A DNA stretch of 63,457 nucleotides, the filler included, from Nitrospinota bacterium (lineage in GTDB: Bacteria; JADFOP01): assembly GCA_022562795.1 (NCBI GenBank). It is 7 parts of 7 records of this genome, joined end to end, with 100 filler letters (N's around TTAATTAATTAA, not from the genome) between each part and the next. Parts side by side here need not be neighbours in the genome. Positions count along the whole stretch, not along the records: positions 7,803 to 21,562 come from JADFOP010000050.1; 6 more parts are not named here. The stretch is one strand, 5' to 3'. The notes under the pieces are model-generated. The model made no database searches. It was given only the letters and a program-made list of their open reading frames with translations, and was not told the DNA's origin. The stretch's first letter is position 1. Each line of letters begins with the position of its first letter. Shown piece after piece: positions 9,983-19,689 of the stretch. The position numbers and the translations under genes were made by a program.

Positions 9983-10185
9983 CGCTCGTCCTCGCCCTTC
10001 GTCTCGTGTCGCGTCCGATCGTGCGTGAGCCGATGTTCCGCATGTGTTCGATTCGGCGAGCCGTACCCGCCTAGCAATATTCGGGGGCGGAAGGGGTATG
10101 AAACTTATCCCCTTTTTGCCCACAGGGCCCAATCGAGACCGAACGGAACCGGCGCCTGCCCCATATGGGTCCGGCGGCCGCAATC

Positions 10186-10231
10186 GCTAGGTCTAGTGGG
10201 TCCCCCCAGGTGCCCGACTACCAGATACTGA
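10186..10231. promoter_or_regulatory. possible tandem NrdR boxes
   Basis: CCCACTAGACCTAGC (minus) and ACTACCAGATACTGA, about 31 bp apart upstream of nrdA; loose match to the NrdR-box consensus. Confidence 0.4.
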
Positions 10232-10452
10232 ATCAGACCGGGTCGGCGCGCAAGAGGGTGAAGAGGGTTTTAACGCGTCCCGGACCCGTCGGATGGTGGT
10301 GTGTCGTCCGACTGCAACGCAGCGACGCGTGGACCAAGCTGGACTTGTGATGAGCGCAAGGGCGAAAATGAATCCGTGAAAAAATTTTTGCGGGCAAAAG
10401 GGCCCCTCGCGCGGTTGCGCAGCGATCGAATCCGGACCCGCAATTATCGAAT

Positions 10453-10632
10453 CTAGGGCGGCGCTCCAGCGCTCGCGCGGGCATGGCCGCCGATCGCTCC
10501 CGCCAGCTCGTCGACGAGTTCCAGCGGCAGGTCGTGGCCCCAGCCGGGCAGGGTCCGGATCGTCGCATTGGGAATGCAGGCCGCCGTATCACGCCCGCCC
10601 TCGCACGGGACCAGCGGATCGTCCTCACCCGC
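10453..10632 (-). pseudogene. C-terminal fragment of an alpha/beta hydrolase
   Basis: GEDDPLVP...LPGWGHDLP carries the catalytic Asp/His region; N-terminus absent. Confidence 0.7.
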
Positions 10633-10749
10633 ACGTTTCCGCCTGGCCCCCCACTCGACGATTAGTTTCGGATGCCGCCCGCGCCTCGACTTCAGCCAAC
10701 TCGCGTGCGGCGGCGGCGGCGTCCTGCACCCACCAATCGCCTTTTTCAA

Positions 10750-10990
10750 AGCCCGGCAGGCCATCGACCGGGGCTTCTTCATCTCCCTAGCGCGTCCGTT
10801 GCTCCGGCTCACTGAGCTACAGGAAACGGCCAAAGCCATTCCGCTGGAGAACATCGTTCTGGAGACCGACGCGGCCCCACAGCCCTTTAAGAAGTACCGC
10901 ACCAATTGGACCGAGCCTCGCCACACGCAGGCCGTCGCCCAACAACTGGCCTACCTCAAGGGCATCACGCTGGAGGAGGTGGCCGAGGCC
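10750..10990 (+). pseudogene. internal/C-terminal fragment of a TatD family hydrolase
   Basis: GFFIS..., AIPLENIVLETDAAP, EP...VAQQLAYLKGITLEEVA; no N-terminus. Confidence 0.75.
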
Positions 10991-11820
10991 TTGGCCCCGA
11001 GGTAGCGGGTCACCATGGTCAGGGTGGCGGGGTTGGTGGCCGGGCCCGCGAGCAAAAAGACGAGGGCCGCGCCTGGGTTCAGCCCCTTGGCGATCATCGC
11101 GGCGGCGACGGGGGTCGAGGCGGTGGCACAGATGTAGATGGGCATCCCCAGGGCTAGCATGATGAACATGCTGCCGAGGCCGCTTCCGACCCAGGTGCGG
11201 AAGAAGCTCTCGGGAATGAGGGCGGTGATGAGACCCGCCAGGACGATCCCGACCACCAGCCAGAGGGCGATGTCGCCGAGCAGGTCTCCGAAGCCGTAGC
11301 GGACGGCCCGGGCGAGCTTCTCGCCCAGGCTGTGGGTGTGGCCGTCGCCGCCTTCGCCCTCGCAGACCTGGCAGACCTTCGAAGAGGGGGCTTGGGGCAC
11401 TTCCTCCTTATCAAGCAGGTCTGCAAGGCCGCCTGTCGTCAGGGCCGTTATGAAAGCAGCCACTGGCCTAAAAAGAGTGTAGATGGGATCGAGCAGAGCG
11501 TAGGTTATGGCTATCGAGTCGACACCGGTCTCGGGTGTTGCGATGAGGAAGGCGAGGGTAGAGCCCCGGCTCGCCCCCTGGCGCCGAAGGCTCAGGGCGG
11601 TCGGGATGACACCGCAGGAGCAGAGGGGGAGAGGGATGCCGAACAGCGCCGCCTTGGCAACACCCTTCATGCCGCCGCCCCCCAGGTGACGGGTGATGGC
11701 CTCCTGGGGCAGCATCACGGCGATGAGGCCCGCAACGAACGTTCCGAACAGCAGGTATACAGATGCCTCGACGAAAATGGCCGAGGCGGCCTCCACGCTC
11801 CTGACGACGAGGGATTCCAT
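10951..11820 (-). CDS. ArsP/DUF318-like permease (putative metal efflux), C-terminally truncated
   Basis: PLPLCSCGVIP, TPETGVDS, YICATASTP, GPATN and a CxxC/His loop; the C-terminus runs into the antisense TatD fragment. Confidence 0.85.
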   Translation of the reverse strand: MESLVVRSVEAASAIFVEASVYLLFGTFVAGLIAVMLPQEAITRHLGGGGMKGVAKAALFGIPLPLCSCGVIPTALSLRRQGASRGSTLAFLIATPETGVDSIAITYALLDPIYTLFRPVAAFITALTTGGLADLLDKEEVPQAPSSKVCQVCEGEGGDGHTHSLGEKLARAVRYGFGDLLGDIALWLVVGIVLAGLITALIPESFFRTWVGSGLGSMFIMLALGMPIYICATASTPVAAAMIAKGLNPGAALVFLLAGPATNPATLTMVTRYLGAKASATSSSVMPLR

Positions 11821-11851
11821 TCCCGTTCCTACTCCTTGAGGCCGAGTCGGC

Positions 11852-12226
11852 TCAGCCGTGGGTCACGTGGTCTAAGCCCTGAGCCATAAGCTTCTCGATG
11901 TGGTCGTCGTCCAGGGCGTAGTAGACCATGCGGCCTTCCCTCCGATTGCGAACAAGGCGAAGGGAGCGCAGCAGCCGAAGCTGATGGCTCACCGCCGATT
12001 GGCTCATGCCGAGGATTGCCGCAAGATCGCACACACAGAGCTCCGTGGCGGCGAGGGCGTGGAGAATGCGCACCCGGGTTGGATCCCCAAGGGCCCGAAA
12101 GATCTCAGCCAGTCCACGCGTTGTGGCCTCGTCTATCATAGAGGCGAGCACCAGAGAGACCCGCTCCGGGTCAATGGCATCTACCTCACAGTCGATGGTA
12201 TCGACCTGCTCAAGCTCAGCTTCCAT
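11852..12226 (-). CDS. ArsR/SmtB family metalloregulator
   Basis: LGDPTRVRIL, ELCVCD, SQSAVSHQL and an alpha5-type site DDHIEKLMAQGLDHVTH. Confidence 0.93.
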   Translation of the reverse strand: MEAELEQVDTIDCEVDAIDPERVSLVLASMIDEATTRGLAEIFRALGDPTRVRILHALAATELCVCDLAAILGMSQSAVSHQLRLLRSLRLVRNRREGRMVYYALDDDHIEKLMAQGLDHVTHG

Positions 12227-12259
12227 AACCTGGTCCCCAATTTATATTAACTCATGTTC

Positions 12260-12318
12260 ATATGAGCAATTGGTCATATATTCTTCTATAATATGAAGCC
12301 ATCAGGCTTTAATGTCAA
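12260..12318 (-). promoter_or_regulatory. SmtB-type operator and sigma70 promoter
   Basis: Palindrome ATATGAgCAATTGgTCATAT at 12260-12279; minus-strand TTGACA (12318-12313) N17 CATATT. Confidence 0.7.
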
Positions 12319-12382
12319 GGGCTGACCGATGGGACGGGTAGGTGGGATCCACTATAAGGCAGGGAATTCCGTCGGATGTCCT

Positions 12383-12796
12383 TTATGAAACCTTTCTGAG
12401 TGTGCGCTTCAGCCGCTTGATGCGATTTCGCACTCGCTTGAGCTCGGTGGAGTCGCCAGCCTCGAGGGCGGATGTCCGAAGCCCCTTGAGCTGGCGAATC
12501 TCCTGCTTAATGGCCCCCTTGTCCACGGCAAAGGCCGATACACCTTCGGCCTCCTCCACACCCCGGAGGGCGAAGATGGCCTCCACGAGCTCGCCCTTCT
12601 TCAGGCCGTGGACGCCGGCGATCTCCTTAAGATCCAGGGCCAAATCTCGGAGCCTTTTGGCCGTCATATGCTCCAGCTGACGGCGCGTGTAGCGCTTCTC
12701 GGGGGGCGGCTCGTCTTTGGCCTCGGCCGTCTCTTCGGCAGCCTCTGCCTCGGCTTCCGCCTCGTCCACCTCGGGGGTTTCCTTCTCATCCGTCAC
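12383..12796 (-). CDS. small protein with a Rho N-terminal-like domain
   Basis: LEHMTAKRLRDLA...GVHGLKKGELVEAI followed by a basic coiled coil. Confidence 0.75.
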   Translation of the reverse strand: MTDEKETPEVDEAEAEAEAAEETAEAKDEPPPEKRYTRRQLEHMTAKRLRDLALDLKEIAGVHGLKKGELVEAIFALRGVEEAEGVSAFAVDKGAIKQEIRQLKGLRTSALEAGDSTELKRVRNRIKRLKRTLRKVS

Positions 12797-12842
12797 GGTA
12801 TCGCTCCTTCATCTTGCACAAACCTAATTAGCTAAGAGTGCA

Positions 12843-13559
12843 TTAGAACTTGAGGTTTCTTGGGTGAAGGTACCCATGGCCAGGGAAGGTGCGCATCACC
12901 TCCTCCACACCCAGGCGGGCCAGGGTGTCGCTCGTTTGCCACGTTGCGCCTCCCTTCAAGAAGTTCTCCAGCTCCAGGATGTTATCTGTAAGAGGGCGCT
13001 GGGTCTTGGAGAAGGAGGCCTTCCAGAGCAAGGCGCCATCTTCGACCCGGAACAGATAGACCTGAAAAGCGACGCTGGCTGGCTCCTTCGCCCCCAGCGC
13101 GCTGCCCTCCCGTTCGCGCCATCGGTTCACATCGCCTACGAGGACCGTATCCACCCCAAGGTCTTTGCCGATGAGGGTTGCGACTTCGAGCTCCCCCCGC
13201 CGGACGTAGGGCATCGCGTGCTTGATCATCGCCCGCTGCACCTTGATGGGTGACGACACACGGTAGTGACCGTACTGACGGAGCCGCTTGTCGAAGAGCT
13301 CGTGCAAGCGGTTGACGCGCAGCCGGACCGTCTCCTCCAAGTCGAGCGACCGGGGTCGCCCAAAAGGCAACACCGCCACGGAATTAAACTTGTACCCGGT
13401 GGCCTGGGCGCCCTTCTTGGCCTTGTAGTTGCTCGCCGTATCGAATTCCGGCACCAATGCCCCAGGCACATCGAATGCGGTCCGGGTCACATTGCACCCG
13501 ACACCTAGGAGGAGCCCGAAGGCCGCCACGAGCGCGGCTCTAACCATCAGTGCTATCAC
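12843..13559 (-). CDS. lipoprotein (CsgG/GNA1162-like fold)
   Basis: Signal ending LGVGC; SVAVLPF, LGVDTVLVG, GALLWKA; AGGAGG RBS. Confidence 0.75.
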   Translation of the reverse strand: MIALMVRAALVAAFGLLLGVGCNVTRTAFDVPGALVPEFDTASNYKAKKGAQATGYKFNSVAVLPFGRPRSLDLEETVRLRVNRLHELFDKRLRQYGHYRVSSPIKVQRAMIKHAMPYVRRGELEVATLIGKDLGVDTVLVGDVNRWREREGSALGAKEPASVAFQVYLFRVEDGALLWKASFSKTQRPLTDNILELENFLKGGATWQTSDTLARLGVEEVMRTFPGHGYLHPRNLKF

Positions 13560-13619
13560 GGCTTACGCCCCTCCTTTTAAAAAGGCCACCGGCTCTTATA
13601 CCACAGAGCCAAGGGCCAT

Positions 13620-13871
13620 TCAACGACGGGGCCGCTCCAGCCACCAGGTGGCGGTCGCCTCGTCCCTGGTCAATACCCAGCGCTCACCGGCGACCGTCTC
13701 CACGACGAAACGCCTGCGCCGGAGCCTCTCCGGATGGGTCTCCTCAAGCCGGGACTCCAAAACGCGCACCAGAGGAACCCGCTCCTCATCCACCCAGACG
13801 GCCCTGGGGGCTTCTTCAGCCCGCCCGCCGGCGTAGGACTCGACCCGCACGGGCTCGGCTTGCCCGCTCAC
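13620..13871 (-). CDS. small beta-rich hypothetical protein
   Basis: GTG start overlaps the upstream TGA; VRVESYAGGRAEEAPR...RFVVET...WVLTRDEATATWWL. Confidence 0.7.
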   Translation of the reverse strand: MSGQAEPVRVESYAGGRAEEAPRAVWVDEERVPLVRVLESRLEETHPERLRRRRFVVETVAGERWVLTRDEATATWWLERPRR

Positions 13872-14992
13872 CTCGGCGTCCTGCTTGAGGAGCCGACAGT
13901 CTGGAGGCGTTGGATGAATCTCTTCTCCACGGCGGTCCGGTCGGGCGGCGGCTCTCCCAGGGCCGCCTCCCACAGTCGCTCCCTCTCCATGCATAGGTAG
14001 ATGAGCAGGTCTCTGTCCCACTCTCTAAGCCATCCCGCCACGGCCCGGTACATGGCGGCCCGCTGGGGAGCGAGGTAGCGGAGCTTCTTGTCCTCGCCCA
14101 AGATGAACTCGCCCCCAGGGAGGCGGCTCTTCGGGAAGCGGGCCTTGATGACGGCTTTCAGGCCCGGCAGAAAGCGAAGGCCCCCGAGGCTTACCCAGGC
14201 TACCCCCCGGGGGTCGATCGCCTCGGCGAGCCGGGCTACCACTGCCCGGTAGCCGGCCTTCCAGCCGGGGTAGTGGACGAGGGGATCAAAGTGGAATGCG
14301 ACGAGGTAGCCGGCGGCCTGGACCCGCGCGGCCGCCTCCAGACGCTCCTCGAGGCCAGCGGTCTTAAGCTCCTCCCGCCTGACGATCTCATCGGGGTTTA
14401 GGGACCACGCCACCACCGTCCGCCCGCCATGGTCGAGGTCGAGGAGGGGCTCTACGAGAGCGGTCTTGGTCTTGAGCTCGAGAATGGCGTTTGGCTGGCC
14501 CGCCACATAACGCACCAACCGTTCAGACCAGCCGGTCGCCTCTTCGAGGGCCAGGCTGTCGGCAAGCTCGCCCGTTCCGAGCCGGGCGAGGCCTTCGGGG
14601 CGGGCCAAGAGGTACGAAGCGAGCTCCTCGAGGCAGTCCTCGACGTTCGTGTAAACGGTGATTGCGGGCCGGTTGATATAGCTCTGGAGCATGCAGTAGG
14701 TGCACTCCAGGGGGCAGTTTAGGATTGGGCTTAAGACGGCGTAGTGGGAGCAGAGCATCTCGGCCGTTCCAGGGCAGGGCTTGACAAAGGACCCCTTGAA
14801 GCGGGCGAGCAGGAGGGTCCGCTTCCCGGCTCCAAAGGGGTCGGGCCCCGTCGGGGGTTCCGCCAAGAGGAGATCAGCTCGGTCCACCTCCTTCACCGGC
14901 ACCCCGGCGTAGAAGTCGATGACCCGTAGCGCCATGGGGTCGAGGCGGGCGGCCCTTTCCACGACGATGCGCGACGGCCGGTAGGGTCTCAC
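13868..14992 (-). CDS. spore photoproduct lyase-like radical SAM protein
   Basis: CPLECTYC (CxxxCxxC), CPGT, LELKTK, WSLNP, FHFDP, YLCME. Confidence 0.88.
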   Translation of the reverse strand: MRPYRPSRIVVERAARLDPMALRVIDFYAGVPVKEVDRADLLLAEPPTGPDPFGAGKRTLLLARFKGSFVKPCPGTAEMLCSHYAVLSPILNCPLECTYCMLQSYINRPAITVYTNVEDCLEELASYLLARPEGLARLGTGELADSLALEEATGWSERLVRYVAGQPNAILELKTKTALVEPLLDLDHGGRTVVAWSLNPDEIVRREELKTAGLEERLEAAARVQAAGYLVAFHFDPLVHYPGWKAGYRAVVARLAEAIDPRGVAWVSLGGLRFLPGLKAVIKARFPKSRLPGGEFILGEDKKLRYLAPQRAAMYRAVAGWLREWDRDLLIYLCMERERLWEAALGEPPPDRTAVEKRFIQRLQTVGSSSRTPR

Positions 14993-15996
14993 GACGCTCC
15001 TCCTTCCTCGTCCTCCGCTAGGCCCTCGGTCAATAGGCTTCGAAGCTCGTCAGCCGACGGGTCGTCAGCGGCCTCAAGGAGGCGTCGGCCAATCCGCTTT
15101 AGATCTTCGGGAGAGCCGAAGGTAAAGCGCGCTTCGTAGGCATCGCCCTCGAATCCCTCGGGCGGCCGAACGCTCACGTGGGGGGTGAGTTGGAGCTTGT
15201 CGACCAGCTCTTCGGCCCGGCGCTCCATCCTTGTGAGGGTGGGGTAGCGGGCTCGCCGGACCACCTCTCGAATAAGCCTCAGGCGTTCCTGAGGCGATAT
15301 TGACTCGTCTTGGGCTCTGGAGAGGAGCCTTAGCTCCACCATGACCAACTCGATGGGCTCTTCCCTCTGAAGCGCGATCTCTTCGAGCCACGTGGCGAGC
15401 TCGGCGAGCTTGTTGGCCCCGGGCCTAAGCGCCTTTACTACCTCTAAGAATGCCTGCTGCGCGTCGGCCCGCCACGCGCAGAGCGGAAGGACGGCCCGTG
15501 CCGGCCACCCCTCTTGGGCGATGATTTCCAGGAACGCCCCGTCCAAGACGAGCAGCCGCCGGAGTCGCTGGAGGACCTGGCCGTGGGCCTGGAGCCCCAT
15601 GGCGGGAAGCAGTTTTTGGAGGACCTCCCCTTCGTCCATCTCGCCCACGCCGAGGAGCAGGTCGACAGCCCGGGCCTGCTCCACCAGGTTGTAGTCCCGC
15701 ACCCCTACGTTGTCGAAGACCGCTAGCCGGGCCGCTTTGTGGTCGGGCAGATTCTCGTGGCTGTGGATGGTCGCGAGCACCCTCGTGCGGCCCAATAGGC
15801 GAAGCACCTCCGCGCGGCGAAAGCCCGTGATCAGCTGGAAGCGATCCGCCTCCAGGGTGCGGACGCTTAGTGGCGAGGTCTGCCCGATGGCGGCGATGGA
15901 ACGCTCAAGGTTGCCCAGGTTCCCGCCGAAGCTCAGGCAGAAGGTGCGGTCGGCTTCGTCGATCGCCCCCAGGGTTACCTCTTCTATCGCGGGCAC
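14989..15996 (-). CDS. ParB/Srx N-terminal domain protein
   Basis: L..SI..IGQTSPLSV...FQLITGFRR motif; AAGGAGG RBS before GTG 15996. Confidence 0.82.
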   Translation of the reverse strand: MPAIEEVTLGAIDEADRTFCLSFGGNLGNLERSIAAIGQTSPLSVRTLEADRFQLITGFRRAEVLRLLGRTRVLATIHSHENLPDHKAARLAVFDNVGVRDYNLVEQARAVDLLLGVGEMDEGEVLQKLLPAMGLQAHGQVLQRLRRLLVLDGAFLEIIAQEGWPARAVLPLCAWRADAQQAFLEVVKALRPGANKLAELATWLEEIALQREEPIELVMVELRLLSRAQDESISPQERLRLIREVVRRARYPTLTRMERRAEELVDKLQLTPHVSVRPPEGFEGDAYEARFTFGSPEDLKRIGRRLLEAADDPSADELRSLLTEGLAEDEEGGAS

Positions 15997-16838
15997 AAAA
16001 CCTCCTTGTCCACCTCCAGCGGGAATCGCTCCTTGAGCGACCGATAGAAGGCGGCCTCGGCCTCCTTGCCCCGCTTGGCGAAGCCGCCGAAGAGAATGTC
16101 GCACTTTCGGTGGAGCTCGGAGGTCGCCAAGATGCGAGCCTCATCGCCGGGAGGGCCCTCGTCCAAGAGCTTGACGATGGCGGCCACCCGCCACCTATCC
16201 AGACCCCACCGGCTGGAGGAAAGCTGGCCGGCGTGGCCTCCCCGCTTGGTGACCAAGGGCTCCGGGACGAAAGCCACCGGGTGGCGGGCCGTCAGGCGGA
16301 GCCAGAGGTCGTAATCTTCACAGACGGGGAAGGCTTCATCGAAGCCGCCGAGGGCGTCCAGAACGTCTCTGCGCACGACGGCCGCCGAGGGGCTGATGCA
16401 GCAGAGCTCCAGGGAGCGCTCGAGTAGCCATCCGCCGGCCTTGGCGTGCTTCTTCTTCGGATTGACCCTTACACCGTTACGCACCCAAATCTCATCGGTG
16501 TGGCAGAGCGCCCAGCCCTCGGCCATGACCGAGACCTGGCAGGCCAGCTTCGCCGGGCGCCAGAGGTCGTCGGAGTCGAGGAAGGCGACCAGCGGCGAGC
16601 GGGATTCGGCGACACCCCGGTTACGGGCTGCGGCTACCCCTCGCCTTCGCTGGCGCACCATACGCACCCTCTCGTCGGCCAGGGCCTCGATGGCCTCGGA
16701 GGTGCCGTCGGTGGAGCCGTCGTCGATGACGATACACTCCCACTCTCCGAAGGTCTGTGCCTGGACCGAGGCCACCGCTTCGGCGGCCATGGCCCGCCGG
16801 TTGAAGGTCGGGATGATGACACTGACGGCCGGCTCCAA
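15984..16838 (-). CDS. glycosyltransferase family 2
   Basis: VSVIIPTFNR, DDGSTD, AARNRG, FLDSDD, EDYDLWLR. Confidence 0.92.
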   Translation of the reverse strand: MEPAVSVIIPTFNRRAMAAEAVASVQAQTFGEWECIVIDDGSTDGTSEAIEALADERVRMVRQRRRGVAAARNRGVAESRSPLVAFLDSDDLWRPAKLACQVSVMAEGWALCHTDEIWVRNGVRVNPKKKHAKAGGWLLERSLELCCISPSAAVVRRDVLDALGGFDEAFPVCEDYDLWLRLTARHPVAFVPEPLVTKRGGHAGQLSSSRWGLDRWRVAAIVKLLDEGPPGDEARILATSELHRKCDILFGGFAKRGKEAEAAFYRSLKERFPLEVDKEVLCPR

Positions 16839-16851
16839 AGTCTCCCCCTCC

Positions 16852-18024
16852 CTAGCCCACCCGCACGAAGAGGGTGGTGAGGTAACGGCCCTCCGGCATG
16901 GCCAGCGGGGTCGGGTGGTCGGGCCCCTGGCCGCCCGAAGCCACCCACGTGCAGGTGCGCCGCAGGCTCGAGGCCGCCCTTAAGATGGCGCGGCGGAAGG
17001 TCGGCTCGTCAACGTGGTATGAGCAGGTGGAGGTGACAAGCAACCCCCCCGGCTCGATGAGCTTCATGGCGAGCCGGTTGAGCCGCTCGTAGGCCACCGT
17101 CGCCTCTTTGAGGTCTTTGCGGCTTGGGGCGAAGGAGGGTGGGTCGAGCACCGCGCAGCCGAAGCGCTCGCCCTGGGCGTGGAGCTCTTTCAACGCCTCC
17201 CAGGCGTTGCCCTCGACGATCGAGACCCGATCGGCTAGGCCGTTGGTCTCGGCGTGGGCCCGTGCCCGGGCGGCGGCAGGCTTGGAACTCTCCGCCCCCA
17301 CCACCTCGACGGCCCCGGCCCGTGCGGCGTAGCAGGCGAAGGCCCCAGTGTAGCAGAAGGCATCCAAAACACGCTTTCGCGCCACGTATGAGACGAACCG
17401 CTGGCGGGCGGGCCGCTGGTCGAGAAAGAAACCGGTCTTCTGGCCTCCTACGACATCGACCGTGAAGCGCAGGCCGTCCTGTTCGATCTCCACCTCGGGC
17501 CGCTCACCTCCCAGGAGCCAGACGCTCGAGGCGTCGAGCCCTTCGAGGGCCCTGAGCGGCGAGTCGTTTCTCACGTAAATCTGGGCGGGCGCCACCACAT
17601 CGTTGAGCGCCTCGAAGAGCCATCCCTTCCGGACCTCCATCCCCGCCGTGGTGATGGAGACGACCAGGGTGTCGCCGTAGCGGTCTACAATGGCCCCGGG
17701 CAGGCCGTCGCCCTCGCTGTTGATGAGCCGGTAGGTCTCCTCGCCCGGATAGAGAGCCATTCGCAAGGCCAGGGCCCGCTCGACCCTCCCGAGAACGAAG
17801 AGGGCGTCGGGGTCTCTGTCGCTCCTAGAAAGCAGGCGGACAGCGATGAGGGAATGGGGGTTGATGTAGCCTCGGCCGACGAACCTCGCCCGCCAGTCCA
17901 CGATCCTAACGTCAGCGCCGGGAGGAGGCTTTTCCTCCAGCCGTTCAATCTCGTTGGAGAAGATCCAGGGGTGGCCGAGTAGGACTCTGCGTTCGGCTCC
18001 CTTCTTAAGCGTAACGGTGATCAT
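16852..18024 (-). CDS. rlmI: RlmI-like PUA/class I SAM-dependent rRNA methyltransferase
   Basis: GHPWIFSNE, SEGDGLPG, GQKTGFFLDQR, FCYTG, LDPPSF, TCS. Confidence 0.85.
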   Translation of the reverse strand: MITVTLKKGAERRVLLGHPWIFSNEIERLEEKPPPGADVRIVDWRARFVGRGYINPHSLIAVRLLSRSDRDPDALFVLGRVERALALRMALYPGEETYRLINSEGDGLPGAIVDRYGDTLVVSITTAGMEVRKGWLFEALNDVVAPAQIYVRNDSPLRALEGLDASSVWLLGGERPEVEIEQDGLRFTVDVVGGQKTGFFLDQRPARQRFVSYVARKRVLDAFCYTGAFACYAARAGAVEVVGAESSKPAAARARAHAETNGLADRVSIVEGNAWEALKELHAQGERFGCAVLDPPSFAPSRKDLKEATVAYERLNRLAMKLIEPGGLLVTSTCSYHVDEPTFRRAILRAASSLRRTCTWVASGGQGPDHPTPLAMPEGRYLTTLFVRVG

Positions 18025-18150
18025 GGGGGCCCCCGAGGTCGGTAAACCCTAACAAAGCCACGGGGGTGGCGTCAAGCAAGCGGGCTGGCGGGCGTCGGCT
18101 TGACAACCGACCCTCGTGGAGTAGCATGAGAGCGGAAGGAGCCCGATACA

Positions 18151-19689
18151 ATGAGCCCGCCTCGCAAATCCGTCCCACCCTTCACCCTCGCCCTGGTGGG
18201 AGGGACGGTCCACACCCTCGTTGATCGCGAGCCCATGGTCGGCGGTGTCGGTGTCGTCGGCGAGACTATCGAAGCCGTCGGGCCCGAGGACGACATCCGA
18301 GCCCGCTGCGGCCCCTCCACTACGGTTCTGGAGGTTGAAGGCGGAGAGGTTGTCCCGGGCTTCTGTGACGCCCACACCCATCCTCTCTGGCAGGGGCTAC
18401 AGCTTCTGGCTCTCGACCTCACGGAGGCCACCAGCCTGGGGGCCCTCATAGAGCTTGTGGCTGAGGCCGCCAAGCAATCTCCTCAAGGCGAGTGGCTGCT
18501 CGGCTTCGGCTGGGACGAGAGCGGATGGCCAAGCCGGGAGCTCCCGGAACTGGGAGCCCTCGACGATGTCGCCCCCAATCGCCCGGTCTACCTGGGTCGG
18601 GTCTGCGGCCACATCGCGGTTGTCAACACCGAGGCGCTACGGGCCGTTAGCCTCGCAGAGACGAGCGGCGTAGAGCGGGTGGGCCGCCGGCCCACCGGAC
18701 GGCTTTACGGGGTGAGCCTCGCGGAGTTCTTTTCGAATATTCCGCTGAACGGAGAGCATCGCCGAACGGCCCTTGAGGCCTTCGCCCGCTCGTGCGACTT
18801 CCACGGGGTGACCAGCGTTCACTCCTTCGTGGAGACCACCGAGGAGCTCGAGGCCCTTGCGGCCCTCCAGGACGGCCCGGCTGTGTGGGCCTACGGCATT
18901 CACCGGCCGGAGCGGCCCTTTCCCTGGCATGAGGCCCGAAGGCGCTTGTCCGCTTACGGGAGGGTGCGCCTGGTCGGCGTAAAGCTCTACGCCGACGGCT
19001 CCATCGGCGCCCGCACCGCTTGTATGGCCCGCCCCTACGACGACCGGGTGGAGACCGCCGGGCGCCTAGTCTTCTCGGCCCACGACCTCACGGAGCTCGT
19101 CACAAGCTACCAGGCCGCAGGCGCGCAGGTCGCCGTACACGCCATCGGGGACGCCGCCATCGGGCAGGTCGTGACCTCGGTTGCGAAAGCCATGGCCGAA
19201 GGCGCCGAGCCGCCCCATCCTCCTAGGCTGGAGCACCTGGAGGTCATCAATCCGCTTCACCTCCACAAGATGGCTCAGATGGGCCTTGTGGCGAGCCTCC
19301 AGCCCAATTTCATCGCCCGGTGGGGTCAGCCCGGCGGGCTCTACGAGCAGCGCCTCGGAGCGCGCTTCGGTCGGATGAACCCTCTGAGATCGTTCGTCCG
19401 CCAAGAGGCGCGGCTATGCTTCGGCTCCGACGGGATGCCCTTCGGCCCCCTCTACGGTCTGGCCGCCGCCGGCCTCCACCCGGACGAGGACCAGCGCCTC
19501 ACCCCCCTCGAGGCGCTACGTTGGTATACGCTTGGCGGGGCCGAGGCGGTAGGCGAGACCGACCGAGGCGCCATCGCTCCCGGACGGCGGGCCGACCTCG
19601 TGGTGCTGGAGGCAGGCAGCCTGGAGAAACCGTCCCAGGGGGGGGTGGCGGCCACCGTCAGGGGCGGGCGGGTGGTCTGGAATGCTTAA
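18151..19689 (+). CDS. amidohydrolase family 3 (YtcJ-like)
   Basis: PGFCDAHTH, KLYADGS, HAIGD, RLEH, FGSD, GRRADLVVL. Confidence 0.9.
   Translation: MSPPRKSVPPFTLALVGGTVHTLVDREPMVGGVGVVGETIEAVGPEDDIRARCGPSTTVLEVEGGEVVPGFCDAHTHPLWQGLQLLALDLTEATSLGALIELVAEAAKQSPQGEWLLGFGWDESGWPSRELPELGALDDVAPNRPVYLGRVCGHIAVVNTEALRAVSLAETSGVERVGRRPTGRLYGVSLAEFFSNIPLNGEHRRTALEAFARSCDFHGVTSVHSFVETTEELEALAALQDGPAVWAYGIHRPERPFPWHEARRRLSAYGRVRLVGVKLYADGSIGARTACMARPYDDRVETAGRLVFSAHDLTELVTSYQAAGAQVAVHAIGDAAIGQVVTSVAKAMAEGAEPPHPPRLEHLEVINPLHLHKMAQMGLVASLQPNFIARWGQPGGLYEQRLGARFGRMNPLRSFVRQEARLCFGSDGMPFGPLYGLAAAGLHPDEDQRLTPLEALRWYTLGGAEAVGETDRGAIAPGRRADLVVLEAGSLEKPSQGGVAATVRGGRVVWNA

Noticed and set aside
9983-10183. 67-aa N-terminal extension of NrdA in the ORF track
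   Set aside because: Overlaps the probable promoter region; an RBS-like sequence favours ATG 9982
14989-15996. Chromosome-partitioning ParB
   Set aside because: No adjacent parA or recognisable parS, and a divergent C-terminus; treated as a ParB-fold enzyme
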